Positions 40,084-53,657 of a stretch of DNA of 64,000 nt are shown here, one piece after another; position 1 is the first letter of the stretch, and every line of letters starts with the position of its first letter. The position numbers and the translations under genes were made by a program. Location of the stretch: the NCBI GenBank assembly GCA_964016885.1, contig OZ024758.1, forward strand, positions 10,850,001 through 10,914,000, given 5' to 3'. This DNA is from Eledone cirrhosa (Eukaryota). The notes under the pieces were generated by a model. The model worked only from the letters and a program-made list of their open reading frames with translations. It was not told the origin of the DNA and did no database searches.

Positions 40084-40318
40084 TATCCCGGGTTCAATTG
40101 GGCGTAACAACAGTAAGTAAGGTACTCAATACAAGGCAGAGTATAAATGTTTAATATAGAAAAGCTTCTACAGGACTAGAACTGTTTCATTCGTGATACT
40201 TTCTCACGAATGAAACAGTTCTAGTCCTGTAGAAGCTTTACTATATTAAACATTTATACTCTGCCTTGTATTGAGTACCTTACTTACTGTTGTTACCCCC
40301 CGATTGAACCCGGGATTA
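40083..40318. mobile_element. Family B fold-back element, near-perfect ~235-bp palindrome
   Basis: Two ~115-bp inverted arms. The apex lies just upstream of GAATGAAACAGTTCTAG. TA-flanked. Confidence 0.75.
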
Positions 40319-40332
40319 TATATATATATATA

Positions 40333-40609
<277 letters not shown>

Positions 40610-40639
40610 ATTGTGCTTTTATTATTTATACAAACAATT

Positions 40640-40830
40640 GGCGGTGGATTGGCAGTGTCGGTAGAGAGTCGGACGCTATGCTCTCCAGTATAGTTACATC
40701 CCTTTACGGTCTGAGTTCAAATCCCGCCGAGGTTAACTTTGCCTTTCATCCTTACGGGGTCGATAAAATAAAGTACCAGTAATGTACTGGATTAATTGCT
40801 GGCCTTGTGCCAAAAGTAGAAACAATTATT
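40640..40830 (+). mobile_element. Same SINE, full length with TSD
   Basis: Flanked by the direct repeat ATTATTTATACAAACAAT (40621-40638 and 40825-40842). Confidence 0.9.
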
Positions 40831-41171
40831 TATACAAACAATAAATTCTCAATAAGATGTTATCGAAGTATATACAAACCTGCATTTATAAGGAAGAATA
40901 ATGTTTTCAGTTGTGGACATCTTATAATTAGATCAAACACAGTGTTGCGTGATTGGTGTTAGATTGTAAACATTACCAGATATCAATGTTGTAGTGCTGC
41001 TGCTGCTGCTGCTGCTGCTACTACTACTACTACTAGTCGTAGTACTAATGGTAATAGTAGTAGTAGTAGATATTTTCAGAGATTCTGAAGGGTGAAGATT
41101 TATTGTCTTTGTATGAAATGTGTGATACTGTATAGAAAGAACATGTGTCTGAAAGTGAGGGATGAATATAT

Positions 41172-41214
<43 letters not shown>

Positions 41215-41355
41215 ATTATTAGTGTAGACATGCTCGTGGAAAAGTATATCCTCGCTGCTTACATGAGTGAAATGTGGATTTATATATATATAAATATATA
41301 TGCCTATATACAATGTGTGTGTAGGTGTGTGTATGTATATATATATATATATATA

Positions 41356-41477
41356 TAGCGAGGGAAAAGTGGTAAGGAACCAGGTGGACCATAACGCACC
41401 AAAGTACTCAATACTTAGGGTAGTACAGAATTAGCCGTCGAAACGGCTTGAGCTCAGCCGTCGGGGTCTTACTTACT

Positions 41478-41481
<4 letters not shown>
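41356..41481. mobile_element. Family A element with inversion plus deletion
   Basis: The 3'-terminal segment on - is joined at GTAGTAC to the HHR half on +. TA-flanked. Confidence 0.7.
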
Positions 41482-41513
<32 letters not shown>

Positions 41514-41514
<1 letters not shown>

Positions 41515-41899
41515 ATAATTGTTTCTACTTTTGGCACAAGGCCAGCAAATACCCAGTACATTACTGGTACTTTTATTTTATCGACCCCGTAAGGATGAAA
41601 GGCAAAGTTAACCTCGGCGGGATTTGAACTCAGAATGGCAAGGGCCGTAACTCTATGCTAGAAAGCATGGCGTCCGACTCTCTACCGATACTGCCAATCC
41701 ACCACCCTTATATATCAATAATTGTTTCTACTTTAGGCACAAGGCCAGCTATTACCCCAGTGCATTACTGGTACTTTATTTTATCGACCCCCGTAAGGAT
41801 GAAAGGCAAAGTCAACCTCGGCAGGATCTGAACTCAGATCGTAAAGGGACGTAACTATGCTGGAAAGCATGGCGTCCGACCCTCTACCGATACTGCCAA
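41514..41899 (-). mobile_element. Two tandem full-length SINE copies
   Basis: Copies at 41514-41708 and 41717-41899. Confidence 0.85.
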
Positions 41900-42251
41900 A
41901 TGTTACTCACTAAGGTCAAGTCTTTTCTCCAGTGTTACAAACCTCCATTATTTCGGCTTACAAATGGCTCCACCTTTGACTGGAATCATATATTCCCACA
42001 GATACATACACTATATATTACATGTAAACCCAACGGTTTAAACTTGTCAGTCAGACATGTGATGATTCATATCGATATTCGACCTTCATTAAAGTATTGA
42101 TTAGCAAGTTGAATAATGGTCCCACTAGTCATTTAATTAATAAGATTTTATATACATAACTGTTTTCACGGACTTTTCCGAAGTGCTCTGGGGATAAAGA
42201 GTATAGAGTGGTGTGCTTATGCACGGAGATTGTATAAAATAGAGTGAGGAT

Positions 42252-42299
<48 letters not shown>

Positions 42300-42408
42300 G
42301 TTTCTACTTTTTGGCACAAGGCCAGCAATTACCCAGTGCATTACTGGTACTTTATTTTATCGACCCCGTAAGGATGAAAGACAAAAATGTATGTATGTAT
42401 GTATGTAT

Positions 42409-42497
<89 letters not shown>

Positions 42498-42812
42498 AAT
42501 CTTGGTGACAGATACAATTAAAACCAGAATCAAGCCCAGGGAGGAATGTTTTCAGCCCCACCTCATCCCCTTCCTGTCACCACGAGGCTTATATTATGAT
42601 GTTATGCTATATTTTAGTTTTTAAGTCTGAACATTTGATTTGTCGTCATACTTACCTTGAGCTGTTTAATTGACCGATGTCTTTATCATTAAATATTATT
42701 GAATCTGCCATTAACATGTTTACATCTATTGATTATATTTTACGAATGCTTTAAGCGAATATTTAATTGCTAGGAATTCACAGCAGTTTCAGTGTCTAGA
42801 ATATACCGGGGC

Positions 42813-42987
42813 AGGGATAGAAATAGTATATTATTTAGCTATACATAGTACTGTTTAGGGATAGAAATAGTATATTATTTAGCTATACATATTACTGTTT
42901 AGGGATAGAAATAGTATATTATTTAGCTATACATAGTACTGTTTAGGGATAGAAATAGTATATTATTTAGCTATACATAGTACTGTT
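42813..42987. repeat. 44-bp minisatellite x4
   Basis: AGGGATAGAAATAGTATATTATTTAGCTATACATAGTACTGTTT. Confidence 0.9.
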
Positions 42988-43330
42988 GTGTCCAAGAGAA
43001 GTTTTATGTTTGGAAGCAAATTTTAAACGTCAGTAGTTAAATTTTCCTAAAAACCTTCTTTGTTTCAAAACCGAGTTTATAATGAAAATGTTAGATATTA
43101 CCGAATCCTTCCAAATTCTTAATTATTTTCAAAATTATTTGAAAACCAAAGTCAAGGGATTTCATTAGAATTATGGTAATAAAAAATCTGACAGATTCTA
43201 TTATCATCTTGTTTTTTTTTTTGTTTTTTTTTTTGCTTTTTGCCTTTTGGGCTTTTTCTAATTAAATGTGTAAAACATTTTAGCTTTCTATCTTTATGAA
43301 CAATGAACCCTGTTTGTTATCACGCTTGGG

Positions 43331-43361
<31 letters not shown>

Positions 43362-43399
43362 AATAAGTGTCCTGATCGATATCCACTGATTTCGATCTC

Positions 43400-43463
<64 letters not shown>

Positions 43464-43751
43464 ACATTCACACTGCACTTGAATTTAATAACCTGTAAAA
43501 TATATTTTTAATATGCCAGCACTCAGCTATATTTATTTCTATATTAATAAAGTCACGTACATGATGATATATTTTGTTATATGCTAATTATATGAAAACA
43601 TTTCATCAAAACAGAATCTCTTCCCAGATTTTCAATTTCTTATTTATCATTTATTTGTAAGTGCAATAATATTTCTATATTATTTATTCCCAAGTGTTGT
43701 AAACTGTTTTATTTTAAACTAAGATTTACCAAATAGTTTAATTTAATTTCA

Positions 43752-43782
<31 letters not shown>

Positions 43783-43832
43783 ATATATATATATTATATA
43801 TTATATATATTATATATATATATATATGTTTG

Positions 43833-44040
43833 AAGGCGTGTGGCTGAGTGGTTAGAGAATTGGATTCACAATCGTGAGGTTGTGAGTTCGATTCCAAACC
43901 CGGGCGATGCGTTATGTCCTTGAGCAAGGCACTTTATTTCACGTTGCTCCTTCTACCAGGAGTTGCGACCGATAGATAGTATTAGCAATTGGAAAAACCA
44001 ATGGAAACATTGTTTCCTCGGTCCGATTTGACAAAAAGTC
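43833..44040 (+). mobile_element. Second tRNA-SINE family with a CORE-like domain
   Basis: A box TGGCTGAGTGG, B box GAGTTCGATTC, then TGTCCTTGAGCAAGGCACTT. Confidence 0.75.
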
Positions 44041-45548
44041 GATCGTTCCTAAAAAATACGTGTATAAGTAAGTGTGTGTGTGTGTGTTGATGGCGAGTAA
44101 ACTGGTTGGAACAATAACGGACTTATTTACGTGTGTATATATATATATATATATATATTTATGTGTGTGTGTGTATGTAGGTAGGTAGGTATGTGGGTGT
44201 GTAGCTATAAATCAGAATTAATATGGAGATATTTTTGAAGTGTTTCCTTTTCCCAAGGGTAGGCAGTAACAAAATATGATGTGTTTTACTCTTGCAGGAG
44301 GTGACAACAGATTTTGTATTGATACTAGTACCGGTTAGATCAATATGATTTGGTATTCGTTTTGAAGATTTAGATTGTATAACATTTCTGTAATGTAATA
44401 ATTCTTGACAGAAATGATAGAACTAATCGTTTAGTATGAGATGTGCAGAGTAAAGTAAACACCTTGTTTATGTTATTGCTGGTGTTGTTGTTTAACTCCC
44501 TGTGAGCCCCTCTTGAACAGACAGACCTATGAACCAAGACATTCTCTCCATGACTATCACGTCTTTTCGTAGCTACAATGAACATATGAACACAGTCAAG
44601 ATCTCTCGTATGTCCACCTTATCAAAGACAACAGGCTCTGATCTGAGACATGTTTCGCCGTGTTGAATCGGACTCAGTAGTGACATAAGGTGGAAAAGTG
44701 GGAACAGATTGATAACCAGCTTGCTAGATCAATAACCCCGCTCATTTATTGCCCACCAATAGATCAATTAACCCCTCCATCACGACCCACCAATTTGTTT
44801 CCTCATATGTGTAATGAAAGTTCGCAAAGAAACGATTTCAAAATACGATTATGCTCATGAAATATTTTAATAACCTAAATAGTTTCATTACTGTATACTA
44901 CATTTCCTTCATACTTTCTTTATGGAATACTTAAGCTAGTAAATGATTTCATCGTGGCTTCCAATGTTCTGTTAAGGCTGAGTAATATTAATGAAGATAA
45001 TGCCTAATATTTTATATTGGAACGTAATGTCATTTCTACAACTCTGAATTGCGAAAACACAAAAACAAATAATGTTTTTACTTTAAAGGAATCTTATGAA
45101 CATAATTGTAATTTATACTCTGGGAAATGTATCTCTGCAAAATATCGTTAAAGAATATACATTATTAAGAAACTTGTGTGGAGATAAACTGGGGGAGGAA
45201 GCTGAGGTCAATACACTGTAATGTCGCCGATCAAAGGAATAGACTCGTTTGTTGCAACGATAAAAGAAAAAAGAAAATCGTTCATTAATAAAACTACTGG
45301 TTGCAATATATTTAAGGAGTGGGAGTTTATCTCAATCTATTAGATTGTTTATTACATAGTTTATGACTATTGTGTGTGTTGCAGCTGCTCCCCAGATATT
45401 TATATACCGTACTATTTTATTTATAGATTGTGACTAGGATTTATAAAGAATCCACCAACTGTTCACCAATCTTTGCAATATAGAATTATGACAATCTTTA
45501 CCTGTTGTTTCACATGATTTATAAAGGTGTTACTCTTTGTCTCATCGA

Positions 45549-46091
45549 CTTCTTCACTTTCTTCTTCTTCTTCTTCTTCTTCTTCTTCTTCGTCTCCCTC
45601 TTCTTCTTCTTCGTCTCCCTCTTCTTCTTCTTCGTCTCCCTCTTCGTCTTCTTCTTCTCCTCACTCTTCTTTGCCTTCTTCTTCTCCTCACTCTTCTTCG
45701 CCTTCTTCTTCTCCTCACTCTTCTTTGCCTTCTTCTTCTCCTCACTCTTCTTTGCCTTCTTCTTCTCCTCACTCTTCTTCGCCTTCTTCTTCTCCTCACT
45801 CTTCTTCGCCTTCTTCTTCTCCTCACTCTTCTTCTTCGTCCTCTTCTCCTCACTCTTCTTCTCCTCACTCTTCTTCTTCTTCTTCTTCTCCTCCTCCTCA
45901 CTCTTCTTCGTCTTCTTCTTCTTCTTCTTCGCCTTCTTCTTCTTCTTCTTCTTCGCCTTCTTCTTCTTCGCCTCCTTCTTCTTCGCCTTCTTCTTCTTCG
46001 CCTTCTTCTTCTTCTACCTCTTCTTCGCTTTCTTATTCTCCTCACTCTTCTTCTTCGTCTCATTCTTCTTCTTCGTCACATTCTTCTTCTT
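45549..46091. repeat. (TTC)n-derived compound repeat
   Basis: Seen directly; polypyrimidine on the + strand. Confidence 0.95.
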
Positions 46092-46276
46092 GACGATATA
46101 CCACCACGCCCTGCTAGATTCTCCAAATCTTCTACTCACACCCCTCCAATTACACTCTTACCCTAACTAGTCTTGTACCTACCTACCTACCCTATCTCCA
46201 CCACTACCATCCCTCTCTCTGCAATCATCCCATTCATCGAGTACTCCCGTCATTAGTAGTCTCTTCGGTCTCAGCA

Positions 46277-46344
<68 letters not shown>

Positions 46345-46351
<7 letters not shown>

Positions 46352-46607
46352 TAAAAAAATAATGAATAAAACAATGAAACAGTTCCTTATATTAAACAAA
46401 AAAAGTTCATTATTTAACGATCGTTTCTAGGATATATATGTGTTAGAATTGGCATGCATATTCAACAGATCTATGTACAAAATTATACAAAATTATACAA
46501 ACTATCAAAATTAAATATACATACCAAACACATATATATGCCGTCTTCAGAAACATTGAGTTCTTCATACGGATTGGACACTACCGTAAACTCTTGGTAG
46601 ATTTATC

Positions 46608-46611
<4 letters not shown>
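46345..46611. mobile_element. Family C element (inverted HHR part plus direct 3' end)
   Basis: Same architecture as 6248-6533, flanked by long (TA)n tracts. Confidence 0.7.
46411..46555 (-). ncRNA. Hammerhead ribozyme with long stem II (family C, second copy)
   Basis: Minus strand: TGTTT-CTGAAGA-[~115-nt hairpin]-GAAAC-GATC-GTT^AAATA. Homologous to 6306-6439. Confidence 0.7.
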
Positions 46612-46659
<48 letters not shown>

Positions 46660-47049
46660 ATATAGTAAGAAACACAGTAAACCGTGTGTCCAAAATTACA
46701 AGGGTTGAACAACCACATATGCTTGAAATATTTAACCAAGAAACAGACAGAATGACAAAATGAAAATAAAAATATATTATCATAATTATACAAACCGCCT
46801 CAATAACCATTATATCTCTCGGACAGATTATCCCTAATCTGTTTCGCCCTGAGTGTGTTTGTAACAGATAATCCTGGGCTTCATCAGCGAGAGATTGCGA
46901 TTAAATGCCACAAACACTATTTGCCAACGTACACACAGAAAGATGAATTCATCACCTCGTGCTTCGCCAGTCAAACGTGGTAAGCGCGTATTGAACAGAA
47001 ATAACAGTCCAACACGCACAACTTAATAGCTCAACTTGTAAGGGAGCAG

Positions 47050-47052
<3 letters not shown>
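46660..47052 (-). mobile_element. HHR-bearing (TA)n-inserted element (PLE-like terminus)
   Basis: A unique ~390-bp segment between TA tracts that contains the 46814-46895 hammerhead. Confidence 0.6.
46814..46895 (-). ncRNA. Type I hammerhead ribozyme, complete core
   Basis: Minus strand reads ATCTCTCG-CTGATGA-A-GCCC(26 nt)GGGC-GAAAC-AGATTA-GGGA-TAATCT-GTC^CGAGAGAT. This gives an 8-bp stem I, a GC-rich stem II, a stable stem III and a GUC triplet. Predicted cleavage is between 46822 and 46821. Confidence 0.9.
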
Positions 47053-47098
<46 letters not shown>

Positions 47099-47099
47099 T

Positions 47100-47238
47100 A
47101 GTCCAGAATTAGCCGTCGAAACGGCTTGAGCTCAGCCGTCGGGGTCCTACTCGTTCCTATTACCCACTCTACTGCCCTAAGTATTGAGTACTTTGGTGCG
47201 TTATGGTCCACCTGGTTCCTTACCACATTTCCTTCATT
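47100..47238 (+). mobile_element. Family A element, 5'-truncated without fold-back
   Basis: Begins at GTCCAGAATTAGCCGTCGAAAC and runs to the shared 3' end. TA-flanked. Confidence 0.75.
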
Positions 47239-47277
47239 ATTTATATATATATATATTTATATATATATTTATGTATA

Positions 47278-47338
<61 letters not shown>

Positions 47339-47357
47339 ATATTTATATTTATATATA

Positions 47358-47412
<55 letters not shown>

Positions 47413-47691
47413 CTAATATACGAAGCAAGGTCAACAATTTATGAAGGAGGCAGTGGATTACGACCCCCCTCCCCCCATTATCTTACTGGTACTTTGTCTT
47501 TCATCGTTCTGTGGTCGATTAAATAAAGTAGGGATTTGAACTGAGAATGTAAAGGGGCCTTAACTAAATGCCACAAAAGATATTATCCGACGCTCTAACG
47601 ACTCTGCCAATTCAAAATAAAACTTGTTTATACAGGTTTCTAACTTATAAATAATTAGTCTTCATCGTCTATTTAATATTCCACTTATTTC

Positions 47692-47797
47692 TTTTCTTAT
47701 CTTTGCATAAGACTGAGGTCGATTACCTTTCTTATCTTTGCATAAGACTGAGGTCGATTACCTTTCTTATCTTTGCATAAGACTGAGGTCGATTACC
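47692..47797. repeat. 35-bp minisatellite x3
   Basis: TTTCTTATCTTTGCATAAGACTGAGGTCGATTACC. Confidence 0.9.
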
Positions 47798-47920
47798 GGT
47801 CAAAGATTCAATGATGGTCTTGATGGTCTAAAAATCTTTAGTCGTCCCTGTTCTGTGTAGCATGGCCTGTTAGTTATAGCTGCCAGACTTTGGTAAAATT
47901 AAAATAGAAAGGGGGTATTG

Positions 47921-48316
47921 AATAATTGTCTCTACCTTGGCACAAGGCCAGCAATTATCTCAGTGTATAATAATTGTTTCTACGTTTGGCACAAGGCCAG
48001 CAATTATCCCAGTGTATAAGAATTGTTTCTACGTTTGGCACAAGGCCAGCAATTATCTCAGTGTATAAGAATTGTTTCTACGTTTGGCACAAGGCCAGCA
48101 ATTATCTCAGTGTATAAGAATTGTTTCTACGTTTGGCACAAGGCCAGCAATTATCCCAGTGTATAATAATTGTTTCTACGTTTGGCACAAGGCCAGCAAT
48201 TATCCCAGTACATTACTGGTACTTTATTTTATCGACCCCCCCCCCCCCGTAAGAATGAAAGGCAAAGTTAACCTCGGCGGGATTTGAACTCAGTTCATAA
48301 AGGGACGTAACTCTAT
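47921..48316 (-). mobile_element. SINE with a tandemly amplified 49-bp 3' tail
   Basis: The unit AATTGTTTCTACGTTTGGCACAAGGCCAGCAATTATCYCAGTGTATAAK occurs six times, and the last copy continues into the SINE body. Confidence 0.85.
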
Positions 48317-48582
48317 GATTTGAATAATTCAGACTTAAATGACTTGGGTAAAAAAGGCGGAATCGTCATGACTTGACTTCTTTAAGTCATATGTCTGCTC
48401 GACCAACGATGAAAGACTGTTAAACCAATTATAGCTAGAAGCAGGCGAAATTATGAACATTCGTATGATGTAGGGAAGCGAGTGATAAGGGAGGTAACTC
48501 AGCAATATAAACGCATATATTTCCACTACACTAAATAATCCATTTTGCTCATCAACCTCTCTTTCTTTCTCTCAGCCTATAT

Positions 48583-48614
<32 letters not shown>

Positions 48615-48714
48615 TGTATGTATGTATGTATGTATGTATGTATGTATGTATGTATGTGTGTGTGTGTGTGTATATATAATTCACTTTAACTAAATATATC
48701 TATGTATGTATGTA

Positions 48715-48748
<34 letters not shown>

Positions 48749-49086
48749 ATTCACTTTAACTAAATATATCTATGTATGTATGTATGTATGTAAGTATGAA
48801 TATAATATATATATATGTGTAGGTATTAATGTATGTATGTATGTAAGTATGAATATAATATATATATATATGTAGGTATTAATGTATGTATGTATGTAAG
48901 TATGAATATAATATATATATATGTAGGTATTAATGTATGTATGTATGTAAGTATGAATATAATATATATATATGTAGGTATTAATATATGTCTATGTATG
49001 AATATATATATATATATTATATATATATATGTGTGTGTGTTTGTATTCGTGTATATGTGTATGTATACGCATATATAAATATATAT

Positions 49087-49117
<31 letters not shown>

Positions 49118-49119
49118 TG

Positions 49120-49298
49120 TAACGAAGGAAATGTGGTAAGGAACCAGGTGGACCATAACGCACCAAAGTACTCAATACTTGAGGTAGTAGAGTGGGTAAT
49201 AGGAACCAGTAAGACCCCGACAGCTGAGCTCAAGCCATTTCGACGGCTAATTCGTCGAAACGGCTTGAGCTCAGCTGTCGGGGTCTTACTGGTTCCTA
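49120..49298 (-). mobile_element. Family A fold-back element
   Basis: Homolog with apex TTTCGACG-GCTAATT-CGTCGAAA. TA-flanked. Confidence 0.75.
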
Positions 49299-49812
49299 TA
49301 TATACATGTATATAGATATTTGTATGTGTGTGTGTGTATGTATGTATGTATGTATGTATGTGTGTGTATATGAATGTATGTATACGCTACTTGAGTCGAT
49401 ATAGTGTGAATTAGATTGATATAGAGCAATTGATTATATTTTCTTCTTCTTTCCGATATCACTATAAATATTGATATCTTTCACTGGCACAAAGTCACAC
49501 ATATTTTGGGGGGAGGAGGGGGCTATATATTTTATATCGATTTCGGCTTTTCTAAAGTTTTTTTTCTTTTTTTCTTTCCACCATATCGACCCTTGAACCA
49601 TGAAAAAACAATACTAGCATTAGTGGGGTTTGAACTCAGTATAAGTCATGTCTTTTCACTCAGGGATCACCTTGTGTTAACAAAACTGTTTTAAATGAGA
49701 CTACCCAGGATTTTCAAAAAGTTTTGAAAATAATCAATTTCGTGGAATTTCGTAATACAATTATTATTATTATTTTTTTTTTATTATGCTGGTGGAGGCA
49801 GTGGAGGTTGGT

Positions 49813-50010
49813 GGAGGGCAGTGGATTGGCAGTATCGGTAGAGGGTCGGACGCCATGCTTTGCAGCAAAGAGTTACGGCCCTTTATGAACTGAGTTCAAA
49901 TCCCGCCGAGGTTAACTTTGCCTTTCATCCTTACGGGGGTCGATAAAATAAAGTACCAGTAATACACTGGGATAATTGGTGGCCTTGTGCCAAAAGTCGA
50001 AACAATTATT
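49813..50010 (+). mobile_element. SINE, full length
   Basis: Matches the 29022 consensus. Confidence 0.85.
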
Positions 50011-50925
50011 TTGCTGGTGTTTGGAGCATAACTCAACAAAGTTTCTTAATTGAGATTACACTAGTAGCTTTTTAGATGAACGTAAACATTTAAACAATTT
50101 AAAACAAATAGTTTGGTGTTGTAAAATCCGGGGCCGTTTCAGGCTACATCACATGAAGAAAGTTTAAAAGCCCAACCCAGTTGGATAGAGCTGTGAAATA
50201 TATAATTGATTGAGGGGATTCTATACCAACGACCCATTTCTGTGTATTTCCCTTAAAAGGGATTTTAACTTGGTCTAATCTTATTTAGTTCTGTTGATCT
50301 TTTAATTTTTATCACTGTAAATTTTCAGTTCAAATTATTGATAGAATAGTACCTTAAAATAAACACATGAAGTTTCTGCAGAACATCATAGAATCTTCTA
50401 GACTAATCCAATCCTTTAGTAGCTAAAATGTCATTAAAATACTTGTTGAATTTCTGTATAACTAGAAATGTACTGTCATACTTTGGGAGGGTCATGCTGC
50501 CAATAAAAACACACGCACCTGCTGGTTTTCATTTCAATTTATTACAAATTTTCTTTGTTGCTTCAATAACCGGATGGTTATTTATATATTTATATCGTCA
50601 AAGCTCTTTCGTCACACATTCTGTGACCTGATTTGTTATTTTGTGTCTTTCCTTGTTTTCTTCCTAAATATCGGGGAAATGGACAACAACAACAACAACA
50701 ACAATTTCTGATGTTTAAATATGTGTCACTATGTTATGGGTTCGAATTGCAGTTAAGTTGATTTAATCTTCATCTTTTCAGGGGTCGATAAAATAACAAA
50801 AACAAGATTAAATATAATCAACAGAATTCATCTTCTACAAGGTTTTGTCTTATTCCTCGGAAATCAATAGTTTTTCGTTAATTTACTTTTCCTAACATAA
50901 GAAAGTGTTATTAGTACAGTTCTTG

Positions 50926-51107
50926 TTTGGTGGTGTTGGTGTTGTTGGTGTTGGTGTTGGTGGTGGTGGTGGTGGTGGTGGTGGTGGTGGTGTTGGTGGT
51001 GTTGGTGGTGGTGTTGGTGGTGGTGTTGGTGTTGGTGTTGGTGGTGGTGTTGGTGTTGGTGGTGGTGTTGGTGGTGGTGGTGGTGGTGGTGTTGGTGGTG
51101 GTGTTGT
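50926..51107. repeat. (GGT)n/(GTT) microsatellite
   Basis: Seen directly. Confidence 0.95.
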
Positions 51108-51198
51108 GAAATTCGTGTTAGATTATTTGTTTACTCACCTTTATCTCAATTTTCTATTCCTACACTTATTTATATTATTGGAGCAGAAAATATAATTG

Positions 51199-51239
<41 letters not shown>

Positions 51240-51288
51240 TACATATATATGTATGTATATTCAAATACATATATACATGTGTGTGTGA

Positions 51289-51324
<36 letters not shown>

Positions 51325-51389
51325 TCACACACTATTGAAAAATAATGCTAGGTTCACTGCGTTCATAGATCTATTTCACACGTTTTTCT

Positions 51390-52755
51390 TCACCCCCCCC
51401 CCTTTCAGACCGACACCTTCAAGTCCTTCTTCCCCCCCCCCCCCTGGCTCCTCTAATCCCACCGCTTACCAAACTTTCTATCTCTCTCTCACTTTTTATC
51501 TTTTTCCTGCCACATATTTACCCCTCCACCCGTCTCTATCTCTCTCTCTCTCTCTCTCTCTCCCTCTCTTTCTCTCTCTTCTCTCCCCTTCTCTTTCTCT
51601 CTCTCACCCCCCCCCCCTATCTCTCTCTCACCCTCCACCCCCTCCCCCTACAATACTTTCAATTCTTTTCTACTTTTCTTCTTTTCCCCCTTGTCGCTAA
51701 ATGTTATCCTTCTCTACTACATTTTCTCTTTAACCCTCCCTCTCTATCCATCCACCTCCCGCCCTCCCTCCCTTCCCCCACCCTCACCCCTCTCACTACT
51801 CCTCACAGTCTCTCTAACCTTCTACGTGAGAACCATTCCACCAATGACTTTAACAACTGCTGCTCTCATCTTCTCATCTTCTCCTTTTCTCTCTCCATCA
51901 CACTGTTTACCTTTTCTAAAGCTACACCGCTTGCCTCATATTTCTTACACTGTCTCCATCTCTCCCCTCTCTCTCCCCTCACTCTCTCCCCTCTCTCCCC
52001 CCTCTCTCTCACCTCTCTCTCTCCCCTCTCTCCCCCCTCTCTCTCCCCCTCTCTCTCCCCTCTCTCTCCCCCTCTCTCTCCCCTCTCTCTCCCCCTCTCT
52101 CTCCCCTCTCTCTCCCCTCTCCCCTTTTCACTTTCTCTCCTTTTCACTTTCTCACTCTTTCTCTCTTTCTCTCTTTCTCTCTCTTTCTCTCATTCTTTGT
52201 CTCTCTCACTCTCTTTCCTTTTCTCTTTCTCTAACACTGTTATTTTTTCTTTTTCTCCTTTTTCTCTGTCACCATTCTGTCTCCCCCTCTCTCTGTCTTT
52301 CTCTTTTCTCCCCTCTCCCCTATCTGTCTTTCTCTTTTCTCCCCTCTCTCTCTTTTCTTCCCTCTCTCTCTTTCTCCTATCTTCTCCTCACCGTCCTTCT
52401 TTTTTCTTATCTCCCACCCTGTTTTTTCCTCATTATTTTTTCATTTTTCCTTCCTTTCACTCTCACATCTTTCTCCCATCTCCCTCACCTCTCTCCCATC
52501 TCCCTCTCTCTCCTATCTCTCTCTCTGTCTCTCTCTCTCTGCCTCTCTCTCCCATCTCTCTCTCTCTCCCTTTCTCTCTCAGTCTCTATATCTCACTCAC
52601 TCTATATCTCATTCTCTCTATATCTCATTCTCTCTATATCTCACTCTCTCTGCTGCTCTGTCTCTCTCTTACTCTCTCTGCTGCTCTGTCTCTGTTTCTC
52701 TCTCCCCCTCTCTCTCTCTCTCTGCTGCCCTGTCTCTCTCTTTCTCTCTCTCCCA
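51390..52755. repeat. CT-rich low-complexity tract
   Basis: About 1.3 kb of polypyrimidine sequence. Confidence 0.9.
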
Positions 52756-53097
52756 TATACATACCATCATCATAATGGACTTTACTGGAATCGTTGCGAC
52801 TCAAAACATATCAAAGGAATCAGTTTAAACTCACCAATTACTAAATCCAACTGTTTACCTTTCCAGAAATATCAAAACGAGAAAAATATAATTTATTTAG
52901 ATAGCTAAGTAAATGCTATCTAACTGTTTATTGATATTTAGACAAAAACATAAACCTATATACACATTCATATGCACATAAACATACACATAAATACACT
53001 GACAAATATATAGCAATATATATATGCATATACACACACATACACACATACATACATATATATATACATGCGTAGATATGTGCATACATACATAAAC

Positions 53098-53119
<22 letters not shown>

Positions 53120-53129
<10 letters not shown>

Positions 53130-53286
53130 GCATGCATGCATGCATATATATATGTAAATATTGCAACTAGTATAACTATCAACTTATGCAACATATATGC
53201 ACACGCACACACACACAGACACAGACACACACGTACAAATATACGCACCGATAACCATTTACAAGTAAATACATACGGACATATAT

Positions 53287-53330
<44 letters not shown>

Positions 53331-53657
53331 TATGCATGTATGCATATATATATATGCAACTAGTATAACTATCAACTTATGCAACATATATGCACAAACA
53401 CAAACACACACGTACAAATATACGCACCGATAACCATTTACAAGTAAATACATACGGACATATATAACAAATATATATATACATACATATATGCATGCAT
53501 GCATATATATATGCAAATATTGCAACTAGTATAACTATCAACTTATGCAACATATATGCACACACACATACACAGAGACACACACGTACAAATATACGCA
53601 CCGATAACCATTTACAAGTAAATACATACGGACATATATAACAAATATATATATATA
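53120..53657. repeat. ~165-190-bp tandem repeat x3
   Basis: GCAACTAGTATAACTATCAACTTATGCAAC...ACATACGGACATATATAACAAAT at ~53163, 53356 and 53522. Confidence 0.9.

Noticed and set aside
41901-42000. Possible minus-strand exon ending at a GTGAGT donor
   Set aside because: There are stop codons in all three frames.
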